Source: a virus
Taxonomy: Duplodnaviria > Caudoviricetes
Virus record (IMG/VR): IMGVR_UViG_3300011403_000004
Coordinates: 1 to 48,307 of that record
Reading direction: 5' to 3' (one strand)
DNA length: 48,307 nt
This document shows positions 18,521 to 27,800 of this stretch, piece after piece. Below the pieces are notes generated by a model. It saw only the letters and a list, made by a program, of their open reading frames with translations, was not told where the DNA came from and ran no database searches. The stretch's first letter is position 1, and the number at the start of each line of letters is the position of its first letter. The position numbers and the translations under genes were made by a program.

Positions 18521-19780
18521 TTAGCCCGCGTAAATGCCGCGAGTCAGTTGCTGCCGGGTCATGTAACGATAGGCGTATATCTGCCCGCGTCGCGATCCTA
18601 GCGGGTTTGTCAGGTCATTCGGCGGGCCGTACAACTGATCGGTTACGCCCGTCCGACTGAGATCCCATTGCCACTCTGACAACTCTTTGTTGGCCGATGT
18701 GCAGGCACAGATCGGGCGCGCGAGCTCAGCCGCTGCCAGCCGCGCCACAACAACCGCTTCCCGTTCTTGCATATTGATGCCGTCGAGGGGCAGCCCGGCC
18801 TGATAGCGGATCGTGACCTGATCCGGGGGCCGGCACCTCGACCAGTTGCACACGCTCTGCCATGTGCCGCTGGTTGCATCATAGGCTGCCTCGCCGATCC
18901 CCACGATCCCGGCCGGGCCGTTGCGGATGACTGCCCTGCACAGCGCGGTTGCCGTTGCGGCCGGATCGCCGCTATTGGCTTGCGACGGCGTACAGCAGTT
19001 ACCCCACTGGGGCCATGGCTGGGTCTCCCATGTCAGCGTTGCCATGCATGTGGCATCGGTTGTGCCGGTCGGATCACAGTGCCGCTGAAAGATCTCGATC
19101 GTCGGCGCGCATACCGTCGCTGCTGGGGCAGCCCCGTTGCCCGGGTCGAGCGGGGCCGTATTCGCCCCCTGATACCTGACCGGCCTGACAAGGGCCCAGG
19201 TATCAAATACGACGGTAGCAGTTACGCCGCTGATTGACACGGATCGCGGCTGCACCTCGGGCGGCGAGACTGGGCCGCAGTCGGCCGCGATAAACCGCGC
19301 GATCACCTCATCCTCAGTTGTGCCACTCGGCACCGTCGCGACAACCGTTGCGGTTTCAAACAGGTTGTCGCCATCCTCATCCGTATATACCAGCGCCTGC
19401 TCATCGGGCGCGCTATCGCTGGGGATGCCCAGACATCTGATCTCGCCCTCGGGTAACGCAACCGTCAGCCATTGGCCATCGACCCCGATGTCGCGCAACC
19501 GACTAAAGCGCACGTCGCCCAGGGTCGGATAGCTGATCGTTGCCTCGCGATAGGCCGGCACCGGATTGATCAGCGTATACTGCCGCATGAGATCTTCGGC
19601 GCGCGTGATCGCCGTGCGGATGCTCGACCGACCCGCGCGATCGGCGAACTGCCAATCATACTCGTTCATGATCGTCGAGCATGAAGCGTTGAGCGGTATC
19701 AGACTGTTGACAAGCTGGAATGAGTGCCATGGGTTAAAGCCCATGAGACTGAGCCAACGGTTGAGCGATAGACCGGCCAT
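18521..19780 (-). CDS. Putative head-tail adaptor/connector (large, Cys-rich)
   Basis: Position in operon; VTIRYQAG...LAAAELA adaptor-like motif. Confidence 0.5.
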   Translation of the reverse strand: MAGLSLNRWLSLMGFNPWHSFQLVNSLIPLNASCSTIMNEYDWQFADRAGRSSIRTAITRAEDLMRQYTLINPVPAYREATISYPTLGDVRFSRLRDIGVDGQWLTVALPEGEIRCLGIPSDSAPDEQALVYTDEDGDNLFETATVVATVPSGTTEDEVIARFIAADCGPVSPPEVQPRSVSISGVTATVVFDTWALVRPVRYQGANTAPLDPGNGAAPAATVCAPTIEIFQRHCDPTGTTDATCMATLTWETQPWPQWGNCCTPSQANSGDPAATATALCRAVIRNGPAGIVGIGEAAYDATSGTWQSVCNWSRCRPPDQVTIRYQAGLPLDGINMQEREAVVVARLAAAELARPICACTSANKELSEWQWDLSRTGVTDQLYGPPNDLTNPLGSRRGQIYAYRYMTRQQLTRGIYAG

Positions 19781-19800
19781 CTATTGACCCCCTCATTGGA

Positions 19801-21852
19801 TTACGGCGTACTCACCCGACAGATCACCATATTGTCGAGCGGCAGCGTGCCGCCGCTCGCGGTCGCCCATGCGGTGCCGGGATCGGGCAGCGTCGTGCCG
19901 CTACCTGCGACAAAGAGTTGCGCAACGGTACTGCTTGCGCCCAGCGCTGGCACGAGGCCCAAATACCGCGATCCCCCGCGCCATGTACGGAGCGTCACCG
20001 CACTGTCAGCGATGATCGCGAATAGATAGCGCCCGGCGGTAAGCACCTGACTAATACTTGCAGTAACACCCGCGTTTGCGGTGGTGGCGACCGTCCCGGC
20101 GTCGAGTACACGCGTCGTCGGTTGCCAATCGGTATCAGCGTTATAGATCGCCAGCCGCGCCACGCTGCCGGCGAACGCCGTCACCTCGATCGCCAGCTGA
20201 TCCAGCGTGATCTGTGACGCGACATAGACCGGCGCGTAATAGATGCGGTTCGCGGTCAGCGCTTTGGTTGCCACGGATACCACGTCAACGCCGGGAATGC
20301 TGTAATTGGGCGTGCCGCCGACCTTCGCGCGTCCTTCTGCTACAGCGCTGGTGCTCGGCGTGGCCCAGGTTGCATCGCCGCGCCAGAAGGTACTGCTACT
20401 GGCGCTGGTGCCGCTGTTGAGATTCGCAACCGGAAGATTGCCGGTCACATCGGCGGTACTCAGATCGGTGATCGCGTCCTGACTGACGAATACCGAACTA
20501 GTATTAAACACGCGATTGCCGCGCCGCTTGCTGTTCGTGCCGCTCATCGAAATGGCGGTCGTCGCGCCCACGATCAGGTTATAGTCGAACTCGTTGTAGT
20601 CGGTACCCGCCGCGCTGCTCTCTAAGATGCCTTCACCAAGCGACACATCCGGCCCAAACTCAATCACGTTATAGGCGATGGTGTTGCGCTTGCAGCCGTT
20701 CGAGGCGCTGCCGGACAGCCGTACCGCGCGCCGGATGTTATAGAACGTGTTGCCAAGAATCAGGTTGTTGTAGCAGTCGAAACCCGCGCCCTGGCTGTTG
20801 TGCGTCATGGCGATCGCCGCGCCGCCCGTCGTGGTGACATCGCGGAACACGTTGCCGGTGATGACATTGCGTGAGGTGCCGCCGAGCGCCAGCGCAATCG
20901 GCCCGCCGGTAAACTCGTTGCCCTGCACGGTCACGCCCTCGGCCATGATCGAAACATCCGTGTTGTTATTCAGGCTCAGACATGACGCGCCGCTGACGAC
21001 GTTGGTATCGTCGCCATAGAAGATGTTGCCGAGCACCCGCACGCGCGGGTTCTCAATCCGCATCTCGCCAATAAACCCGGACGGCAGGCGGCACACACAG
21101 CGCGTCAGCACCGCGTCCAGGCTATTGCGGAAGATCAGACAGCTGGAGAACGCCGCGTCCGTGAACTCGCAGCGGTCAAAGACGACGTTGCGCGCATAGG
21201 CAACGGTCACGATCCCGAAGTCCGTCCATGCGGTCTGGTTCGCGCCGTTGCCGTCGAAGGTGATGCCCTCGATCAGCGTCGGATTGGTGCGCGGTGATGC
21301 TGACGACCCGCGCAGTAGCAGCGGAATCGTATTGCTGGCCTGGGTGTTGGCTTCTGTGATGGTCGTCGCGCCGATGCCCTGCCCCACCAGGCGGATCGGG
21401 CCGTCGCTGGCGTCAATCAGGATACAGTAGGGCGTCGTGAGCGTATCACCGGACACCGACCCCGCCGCCGCGACGGTGTAGGTGCCGGCGGTGAGATGCA
21501 CGGTGCCGCCGGTCGCGCCAAGCGCATCGATCGCCGCCTGAATCTGTACATCATCGGCGGTGCCGTCACAGCGATAATCGGCGTAGGCGCTCGCGCTATA
21601 GGTGCTCGACGCGACAATGAGCGTAGGGAGGCCGGCGAGCTCTAATGTTGCGCGTAATGCCGCGGTACTTGCGTCATTGATCAGCGCGCGAAATGCCGCG
21701 GTGCCGATCGCGCCTTCAATGTAGGTTAATAGTTGGCTATTCGTTTCGCGCTTGTTGACTCCGCTTTGCACAACCGGAAAGATATCGGTTCCAGCCGCCG
21801 TAACGACGGCTGTCAGTGCAGAAATTTCGATGCTGTCGGTTGGTGCTGGCAT
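19801..21852 (-). CDS. Spike/depolymerase with right-handed beta-helix (pectate-lyase-like)
   Basis: ADDVQIQAAIDAL-GATGGTVHLTAGTY start of the beta-helix; many (I/V)xGNxF repeats. Confidence 0.8.
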   Translation of the reverse strand: MPAPTDSIEISALTAVVTAAGTDIFPVVQSGVNKRETNSQLLTYIEGAIGTAAFRALINDASTAALRATLELAGLPTLIVASSTYSASAYADYRCDGTADDVQIQAAIDALGATGGTVHLTAGTYTVAAAGSVSGDTLTTPYCILIDASDGPIRLVGQGIGATTITEANTQASNTIPLLLRGSSASPRTNPTLIEGITFDGNGANQTAWTDFGIVTVAYARNVVFDRCEFTDAAFSSCLIFRNSLDAVLTRCVCRLPSGFIGEMRIENPRVRVLGNIFYGDDTNVVSGASCLSLNNNTDVSIMAEGVTVQGNEFTGGPIALALGGTSRNVITGNVFRDVTTTGGAAIAMTHNSQGAGFDCYNNLILGNTFYNIRRAVRLSGSASNGCKRNTIAYNVIEFGPDVSLGEGILESSAAGTDYNEFDYNLIVGATTAISMSGTNSKRRGNRVFNTSSVFVSQDAITDLSTADVTGNLPVANLNSGTSASSSTFWRGDATWATPSTSAVAEGRAKVGGTPNYSIPGVDVVSVATKALTANRIYYAPVYVASQITLDQLAIEVTAFAGSVARLAIYNADTDWQPTTRVLDAGTVATTANAGVTASISQVLTAGRYLFAIIADSAVTLRTWRGGSRYLGLVPALGASSTVAQLFVAGSGTTLPDPGTAWATASGGTLPLDNMVICRVSTP

Positions 21853-21854
21853 AT

Positions 21855-22202
21855 CTACCCCACTACTAGCGCCGTCAACGTGCCTTCGACGACAAGCGCG
21901 ATCAATGTTCCCTCTTCAACAAGTGCGGTTCCCGCTGCCGGCTGGGGATCGAGACTGCCACTCACAACATAGACCGGGATCGCTGGGCCCCCAGCGACGA
22001 CAGCCCCTGCAGCCGCCGCAACGATCGGTCGAGCTGGGCCGCCCTGCACTGGGCCTGATGTCACCACATAGACCGGCTGGGCAGGGCCGCCGATCTCTGC
22101 CCGGCCATCGGTCACAACGGCAACCGGGATCGCCGCGCCGCCGGTCTGTACCGCAGTCGGGGCGAGGCTGACTGGTTGCGCACTGCCGCCGCTAGTCGTC
22201 AT
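21855..22202 (-). CDS. Small repeat protein (five GGxAxP(V/I) repeats)
   Basis: GGSAQPVSL, GGAAIPVAV, GGPAQPVYV, GGPARPIVA, GGPAIPVYV; duplicated ALVxEGTL tail. Confidence 0.65.
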   Translation of the reverse strand: MTTSGGSAQPVSLAPTAVQTGGAAIPVAVVTDGRAEIGGPAQPVYVVTSGPVQGGPARPIVAAAAGAVVAGGPAIPVYVVSGSLDPQPAAGTALVEEGTLIALVVEGTLTALVVG

Positions 22203-22479
22203 GGCTGGTTGCCCTCACTGCCAATGCTACCGCACCCGCAATTGCAAGCCAATACAGAATCCCCAGAAGATCAAAGCTCAGCCACAACCCGACTGGCAGG
22301 CTTAACCAGAATGACCAACAGATCGGACATGTCACGCCTTCGGCAACCCAGTGCGGCGCATGCGTCATGGCCCAGCCGCGCATGCGCGCGAATAACCCGA
22401 AGGGGCCATACTCCCAGGCGAGATCGGTTGCGATGCGATAGACCGCAAGGGCTGCTAAGAGCGGCATGGCCAGCATCAT
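22192..22479 (-). CDS. DUF1360-like membrane protein
   Basis: LAVYRI...GPFGLFARMR...CPICWSFW pattern. Confidence 0.7.
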   Translation of the reverse strand: MMLAMPLLAALAVYRIATDLAWEYGPFGLFARMRGWAMTHAPHWVAEGVTCPICWSFWLSLPVGLWLSFDLLGILYWLAIAGAVALAVRATSHDD

Positions 22480-23510
22480 GACCATGCGTGCACCGCGTCG
22501 ATGATGTCGCGCCGCTCAGTCACGTCGAGCCACCAGCCGACCGGGATCGCCACGTTGCGCGACGCGAAATGGTCAACCCCCGGCAGCGGGCCGTTGGGAA
22601 AGTGAAAGCCCGCATGCGTATCGTTGCGCGCGTGGACTGGGCTGCACGCGATATGATGCTCAGCCATATGGCGGATGAAGCCCGCGCGATCCTCGACCAA
22701 GAGCGTATACAGCCAGGCTGCTGACGTGTCATCCCACTTTCGCCCAAAGGCCCCATCGTACTGGGCCGCGTTGGCCTGATGTCTGCGGATCAGCCGCTCG
22801 ACCATGGTGATGTTCGCAAGCCCGATCGCCGCCGCGATGTCATTCATATGATATTTGTAGCCGACCTCATTAATGTTCTGTTCACACCGAAAGTCTGCTT
22901 TACTACGCCGGTCAAGCCCGTACCACCTGAGCAGCCGGGCGCGCTCAGTCTGGGCCTTGGGGCAGACAAGCGCCCCGCCATCCCCGGTCGTTAAGAACTT
23001 GATCGCCTGAAAGCTATACGCCGTGTAATCCCCCTGGGGCGGCGATAGGTGATGCGCAGCATCCTGCACGATCGGCACATCGTAAGCCACGATCCGCAAC
23101 TGATCGTAGTTGCACGCCGTGCCGCCCCAGTCGACCGCCATGATCGCCTTGGTTTGGCTGGTAATCTTCTTGGCCACGTCGAGCGGGTCGATCAGTCCGG
23201 TCAGCGGCTCGACATCGGCCCAGATGGGGATCGCGCCCCGGTTGACAATCACGCTATTGGTTGCCGTGCAGGTCACTGGCGTGGTTATCACCTCGTCGCC
23301 CGGGCCAACGCCGATCAGGTGCAGCGCAAGGTCGAGCGCCGCCGTGCAACTGCTGACCGTCAGCGGCGGTTGGTCGAGCTCCAATAGATCCTGTAGCGCA
23401 AGCTCGAAGACCTCGACCATCTCGCCCTGCCCGATATAGCCCGACTCTAAGACGGCCTGCACGCGCATGGGGGCCTCGGGGCTCATGGCAACTTTGAACA
23501 GTGGTATCAT
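22476..23510 (-). CDS. DegT/DnrJ/EryC1/StrS-family PLP-dependent nucleotide-sugar aminotransferase
   Basis: SSCTAALDLAL, GPGDEVIT, QDAAH, SFQAIKFLTTGDGG (Schiff-base Lys), GYKYHMNDIAAAIG. Confidence 0.95.
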   Translation of the reverse strand: MIPLFKVAMSPEAPMRVQAVLESGYIGQGEMVEVFELALQDLLELDQPPLTVSSCTAALDLALHLIGVGPGDEVITTPVTCTATNSVIVNRGAIPIWADVEPLTGLIDPLDVAKKITSQTKAIMAVDWGGTACNYDQLRIVAYDVPIVQDAAHHLSPPQGDYTAYSFQAIKFLTTGDGGALVCPKAQTERARLLRWYGLDRRSKADFRCEQNINEVGYKYHMNDIAAAIGLANITMVERLIRRHQANAAQYDGAFGRKWDDTSAAWLYTLLVEDRAGFIRHMAEHHIACSPVHARNDTHAGFHFPNGPLPGVDHFASRNVAIPVGWWLDVTERRDIIDAVHAWS

Positions 23511-24190
23511 TCTAAATAGCCCCCTGCGAACAATTGCGCGCCGTCTTTGGAATAGCCGCCCTGCTCAGCATAGGCCAGCGCGTTATGCTTGTGCAGCCGC
23601 CGCCATCCTGCCACAACCCCGCCGAAGGGGATCAGGCGCATGTCGTGTATCCGGCTCGCATTCCACAGAAACGCATTGTCATGGCTCGCGATGGTCGTCT
23701 CATCCCAGCCGATCCGCTCTTTGGTAACGCACTCGATCCGATGCGCAAAGTTGCCGGTTGTCAGCTGACGCGGGTCGAGCTTGCACGGTACTGCCGTGCG
23801 CTGCGGATCGCTCTCGCCAAACGCCATCCATGCGCCCCTCATCCAGTGCTGATCCGGGTAGTAGTCAAACCATGCCCGCACCGTCGGCAGCCATTGCGGA
23901 TGAAACAGATCGTCATCACAAAGATACGTAACGACATCGCACCTGACAAGGCCCAGGGCTCGATTGATCAGCTTGCCGACTCGCGCCGCGCGCAACCGCT
24001 CGACGGTGCTGATTGGCTCGTTGATCACAAACTGGGCATCGCTCCGGCAGCCCCGGATCAGCGCCTGCACGTCGAAGGTGCTCCCATCGTCAGTCACGAT
24101 CAGCTGATCGGCGTCGAGGCAGGTCGACAGCGCCTCGCACAGCATGCGCGGGCGATTGTAGGATAGCAGGATGGTCGCAACTGTTGTCAT
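23507..24190 (-). CDS. Glycosyltransferase family 2 (GT-A)
   Basis: LLSYNRP, TDDGS, YLCDDDLF. Confidence 0.88.
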   Translation of the reverse strand: MTTVATILLSYNRPRMLCEALSTCLDADQLIVTDDGSTFDVQALIRGCRSDAQFVINEPISTVERLRAARVGKLINRALGLVRCDVVTYLCDDDLFHPQWLPTVRAWFDYYPDQHWMRGAWMAFGESDPQRTAVPCKLDPRQLTTGNFAHRIECVTKERIGWDETTIASHDNAFLWNASRIHDMRLIPFGGVVAGWRRLHKHNALAYAEQGGYSKDGAQLFAGGYLE

Positions 24191-24618
24191 TTTCGATGCA
24201 CCAATACCGCATGCTTATCCATCGCATAGGCGATGGTATAGCCTGCCCCGAGACACGCCTTGATCGACGGCGTGTTATCCGCAAGTATCTCAGCATAGAC
24301 ATCCTGATCGGTCGAGGCTGCCAGATAGCGGTACAGATCCTTGCCGTACCCCTGCCCCTGGTACCTGGGCAGCACCGCCAGGCTCGCCCACCATCGCCGG
24401 GCCTCGATCCTGAGCAGCCCATAGCCGACATCGGTTGTCGCGACTGATGCAATCCAGATCCGCATGCTCTCTTCAAGCGCATAGGCTGCCCACCATGCCT
24501 GCTGCGCATCATAGGTGATCTCGCGCGTATCGCGGGTCATCCATTGCCGACCGCTATTGCGGATCACCCGCACTACTTCGGCATCCCACTCGGTTGTTGC
24601 TTGTCTCATGGTTATCAT
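24187..24618 (-). CDS. GNAT acetyltransferase (PseH-like amino-sugar N-acetyltransferase candidate)
   Basis: VIRNSGRQWM, YQGQGYG acetyl-CoA motif, NTPSI...AGY; ATGA-coupled on both sides. Confidence 0.85.
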   Translation of the reverse strand: MITMRQATTEWDAEVVRVIRNSGRQWMTRDTREITYDAQQAWWAAYALEESMRIWIASVATTDVGYGLLRIEARRWWASLAVLPRYQGQGYGKDLYRYLAASTDQDVYAEILADNTPSIKACLGAGYTIAYAMDKHAVLVHRK

Positions 24619-25178
24619 GCGCATGCAATCACATCGTCGTACCACGCCGGCCCAGAAGGCCACAGCGCGAGCGTTGACACGATCCAGTCATAATCCCCCG
24701 CATAGCGACATGCCCACGCCCCGAGCCGTCCTGTGACGTTGGGTACTACCATCGCATGGCCGCCGATCGCGCTCTCGATTACGTGATGGCTGACCGGCAG
24801 TGCGATGCCGTGCCGCCGCGAAAAGAATTTAAACATGAGCGGTCGAGCATCGACCTGCTCTGCGATGGCCGCGCGAATAGTGTCGAGCGCCCCAGCCGGT
24901 ATGCAGTCGTCGTCGTCGATAAACATTAAGTAATCGCCCTTGGCCTGGGTGATCCCATAGTTGATCTGACAGTGCCCCCAGCAATGATGCCCGGCGTCGA
25001 GCTCGATCAGGGTAACGACCGGATCGCCGATATACGCAACGTCTGGGGCCCCTTCGTAGCTGTCGAGCACGATCAGCAGTTCATCGCCCGGCAGTAACTG
25101 ATCGCTGGCGCTTGCCCAGAGATCCCCCAGGCCGATCCCGTCGTGCGTTGGCACGATGATACTCAGACGCGCGGCCAT
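24615..25178 (-). CDS. Glycosyltransferase family 2
   Basis: LSIIVPT, AKGDYLMFIDDDD, YAGDY. Confidence 0.9.
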   Translation of the reverse strand: MAARLSIIVPTHDGIGLGDLWASASDQLLPGDELLIVLDSYEGAPDVAYIGDPVVTLIELDAGHHCWGHCQINYGITQAKGDYLMFIDDDDCIPAGALDTIRAAIAEQVDARPLMFKFFSRRHGIALPVSHHVIESAIGGHAMVVPNVTGRLGAWACRYAGDYDWIVSTLALWPSGPAWYDDVIACA

Positions 25179-25801
25179 CCTCGACCTCTTCGCTCACTGA
25201 ATAGCCTTGCATCGCGATCGCGCGTTGCCTGCCCTTCAGCATACACTGTATCGCCCTGGGCCCCGTTGATCGGGTGATCGTGATAGAGACAGGCCCAGGG
25301 GGCTTTACTGTACAGCCCCAGCGCCTGAGCCCTTGCGCACAGCTCAGCATCGCCATACTCATGCCGGTACCAGACTGGCCAGCCCCCGAGCCGGTCGAGC
25401 AGCCCCCGGCTGATCAGGAAGTGTGGACTCAGCCCCTCGTCGTGTATGCCATCGTTAAAGCCTAGCAGGCCGTCAGTCGGGCCGAAGCAGCACCGATACT
25501 CGGCAAAGGCCCGCGACAGCCAATGCCGCCCCGGCAGCAGGTCGTTGGCGAGATTGGCGATGAATGGCTGATCGGTCAGCGCCGTCTCTTCGGCCATCGC
25601 TTCCCAGTACGTTAGCCTGGGCTTGAGAATGTGCCTGACTTTTGCGCCCGCTTCCATGCATGCCTGCAAGACATCGGCTTCCTCTTCGCCGCCGATGCAC
25701 GTCAGCCGCCACTCGACCGGCCCGGCCGTGGCGATCAGGCGTGCCACGTTGCGCATGGTCTGCTCTAATCGACCCCGCACTGGCATGATCGCCGCGATCA
25801 T
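25163..25801 (-). CDS. Glycosyltransferase family 2-like
   Basis: IMPVRGR, NLANDLLP (DxD variant), RLGGW...YGDAELCARA. Confidence 0.82.
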   Translation of the reverse strand: MIAAIMPVRGRLEQTMRNVARLIATAGPVEWRLTCIGGEEEADVLQACMEAGAKVRHILKPRLTYWEAMAEETALTDQPFIANLANDLLPGRHWLSRAFAEYRCCFGPTDGLLGFNDGIHDEGLSPHFLISRGLLDRLGGWPVWYRHEYGDAELCARAQALGLYSKAPWACLYHDHPINGAQGDTVYAEGQATRDRDARLFSERRGRGWPRV

Positions 25802-25965
25802 TCTGTATCCCCTTCGATCCACTCGACGCCGCCGCCGCCGACCCAGGCCCCGAGCTCGATCAGCCGTTGCGCTATCCACAAGCGCACCCAGAAGCCCCGC
25901 GTAACACGCATCGTCAGCACGATCTGAGGGAATGGGTGGGTTATTTTGACATCGGTCGGCTTCAC
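25798..25965 (-). CDS. 55-aa hypothetical protein
   Basis: GTGA and ATGA overlaps at the two ends; MKPTDVKITHPF...WVGGGGVEWIEGDTE. Confidence 0.55.
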   Translation of the reverse strand: MKPTDVKITHPFPQIVLTMRVTRGFWVRLWIAQRLIELGAWVGGGGVEWIEGDTE

Positions 25966-27182
25966 GCCGGCACCTTGTCGCGCTTCGGCCGCGCTCGCTC
26001 CGGCTCGACCTGCTTGAAAACCTCGACCTGCTCAGCCTCTTCGATGATCGGCGGTGGCACGAACGGGGCCGGGGCGATCTGCCGCCGAAAGAAGCCCAGG
26101 CCAACCAAGTAGTCAACATCTTCGGGCGGCACCGGCTTATACCGATGGCTCGCCCGCGCGCTGACTTGATAGATATGCCCGGTGTGCGGCACTTTAAACG
26201 TTTGCTTGCCTGAGCCCTGCCCAGTGTACTCAAGCATCACCATGCCGTTATCTGTCAATTCGGTACCTCCAAACGTCGACGCAAGCTGCCGCGCCATGTC
26301 TTTGGCGGTCTTTGCGCCGCCGCCGCAGCCGCATCCTGCCATGTCCATATCTCCTTTAGCATTACGATACGGTGCTGTTACCGCATCCATCAGTCGCTGC
26401 CCGCCCTTTGCGTCAGGAAAGTGCAGGTACCCCAGGTCATGCCGATACACGAACACTGGGCCGTAGATACGCTCGCCGCAGTACCCAGCCTGGGCCAGCC
26501 TGATCCATGGCGTCCAGTCTTCGAAGCCCGGCGCATCCTCGTCAAAGCCGCCGACCTGCCGCAGGCACCATGTCGGCGTGAACACCGTGATCGGGTGCAG
26601 GTTACAGCCCTGTAACGTCGGTTGCGGATCGGGCGGTGCCGTCGAGTGCGACATGGGCCCGGCCCGAACCTCGCGATTGTACTCGGGCGGCCGATACATG
26701 GCCCACTCGCCCGCGCTATTCACCGCGTAGTGATGCCCGTAGCTATACGCTCGATCATGGAGCGCATGACCCCTCACAAACGTGGTAAGGGCACTGGGCA
26801 ACAAGTAATCATCGGCGTCGAGGAAGATTGTGAACAGTCCCCTAGCGACTGCCAGGCCGGCGTTGCGCGCCACGCTTGCGCGCCGCTTGCCCTCGACCGG
26901 ATCGGGCGCGTCGATGATCGTGATCTTCGGGTGCGGTGGACTGATGATCGGCAGGCCCGTATCATTCACAATGATCGCCTCGACCCCCGGATAGGTCTGC
27001 CACAGCACCGACGCGACTGCCTGCCCGGCCTCTTTGCGGTGATTCGGCCCGACTGGGATCACCACCGATGCCAGTAGCGGCAGCGCCGGTCGAGCCGGGG
27101 CAGGGCTGAGCGCGCCGACGATCGATCCGTCGTCTTCGTAGCGCCATACCTCGCCGTCGAATGTCATTGGCCTGCCGGTCAT
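25962..27182 (-). CDS. Glycosyltransferase family 2 with extra C-terminal domain
   Basis: SVVIPV, ARNAGL, FLDADDYL, VGGFDE...FEDW; extension begins MAGCGCGGG. Confidence 0.9.
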   Translation of the reverse strand: MTGRPMTFDGEVWRYEDDGSIVGALSPAPARPALPLLASVVIPVGPNHRKEAGQAVASVLWQTYPGVEAIIVNDTGLPIISPPHPKITIIDAPDPVEGKRRASVARNAGLAVARGLFTIFLDADDYLLPSALTTFVRGHALHDRAYSYGHHYAVNSAGEWAMYRPPEYNREVRAGPMSHSTAPPDPQPTLQGCNLHPITVFTPTWCLRQVGGFDEDAPGFEDWTPWIRLAQAGYCGERIYGPVFVYRHDLGYLHFPDAKGGQRLMDAVTAPYRNAKGDMDMAGCGCGGGAKTAKDMARQLASTFGGTELTDNGMVMLEYTGQGSGKQTFKVPHTGHIYQVSARASHRYKPVPPEDVDYLVGLGFFRRQIAPAPFVPPPIIEEAEQVEVFKQVEPERARPKRDKVPA

Positions 27183-27346
27183 CGATCCGCCGCGTCTTCC
27201 TGCGATGCGCGCGACCAAAAATAGCCACATGTGACACAGATCCATCCGTCAACGCCACTCCAGAGACACCGGTCGGCCGGTCGCTTGCATGCGCCGCATA
27301 CTCCGAGTACGGCGATCGGAATGAGTTGTTTTGGTATTTTCGTCAT
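27179..27346 (-). CDS. Small zinc-ribbon protein
   Basis: GGAGG RBS; CGAC...CVTC; ATGA-coupled to the GT. Confidence 0.6.
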   Translation of the reverse strand: MTKIPKQLIPIAVLGVCGACKRPADRCLWSGVDGWICVTCGYFWSRASQEDAADR

Positions 27347-27429
27347 GGTAGAAACCTCCGCGCGACGGGCCGCATGCGGTACCGATGCCAAATGATCCGG
27401 ATCGGCCAGTAGCGCCATGTATGTTTCAT
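27343..27429 (-). CDS. 28-aa Arg/Trp-rich micro-ORF
   Basis: ATGA overlaps at both ends; MKHTWRYWPIRIIWHRYRMRPVARRFLP. Confidence 0.4.
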   Translation of the reverse strand: MKHTWRYWPIRIIWHRYRMRPVARRFLP

Positions 27430-27704
27430 GCGCGCATCCTTAGCGACTGCCGCCCGCGCTGCACTGGGGCCGGCGCGCCCTGGTTGCGCTGGCGTATCTG
27501 CTCAGCCGCGATCAGCGCGTCGGTTTCTTCCTGCCTGAGCCGGGCCATGTTCTCTGCCGCTGTGCCATGGATCAGATGCTCCATGAGTTGCCCCGGCGTT
27601 GTTTCGCTGAGCAACCGGCAGCCCTTCGGCGTATCGACCAAGGCCCGGATATCCACCGCGCGCACAATCAGATCGCCGTGATCGGTTGTAAAGGTGCTGA
27701 ACAT
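27426..27704 (-). CDS. Hypothetical protein after the capsid gene
   Basis: AAGGGGGA RBS before MFSTF. Confidence 0.65.
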   Translation of the reverse strand: MFSTFTTDHGDLIVRAVDIRALVDTPKGCRLLSETTPGQLMEHLIHGTAAENMARLRQEETDALIAAEQIRQRNQGAPAPVQRGRQSLRMRA

Positions 27705-27733
27705 TGATCCCCCTTCTATCATCCCCCGAGAAT

Positions 27734-27792
27734 AGCGCGCGGCAGCAGTGGGGATCTGCCTGCTGTTCCCTCCGTCGAGGTAGCCGCGCGCT
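27734..27792 (-). other. Structured intergenic element downstream of the major capsid gene
   Basis: AGCGCGCGGC/GCCGCGCGCT outer stem with an inner CAGCAG/CTGCTG pair; no U-tract. Confidence 0.5.
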
Positions 27793-27800
27793 CGACCATC

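Noticed and set aside
25802-26233. N-terminal extension of the 356-aa ORF in the track
   Set aside because: It overlaps the upstream GT and a coupled 55-aa ORF; the real start is more likely ATG 25801.
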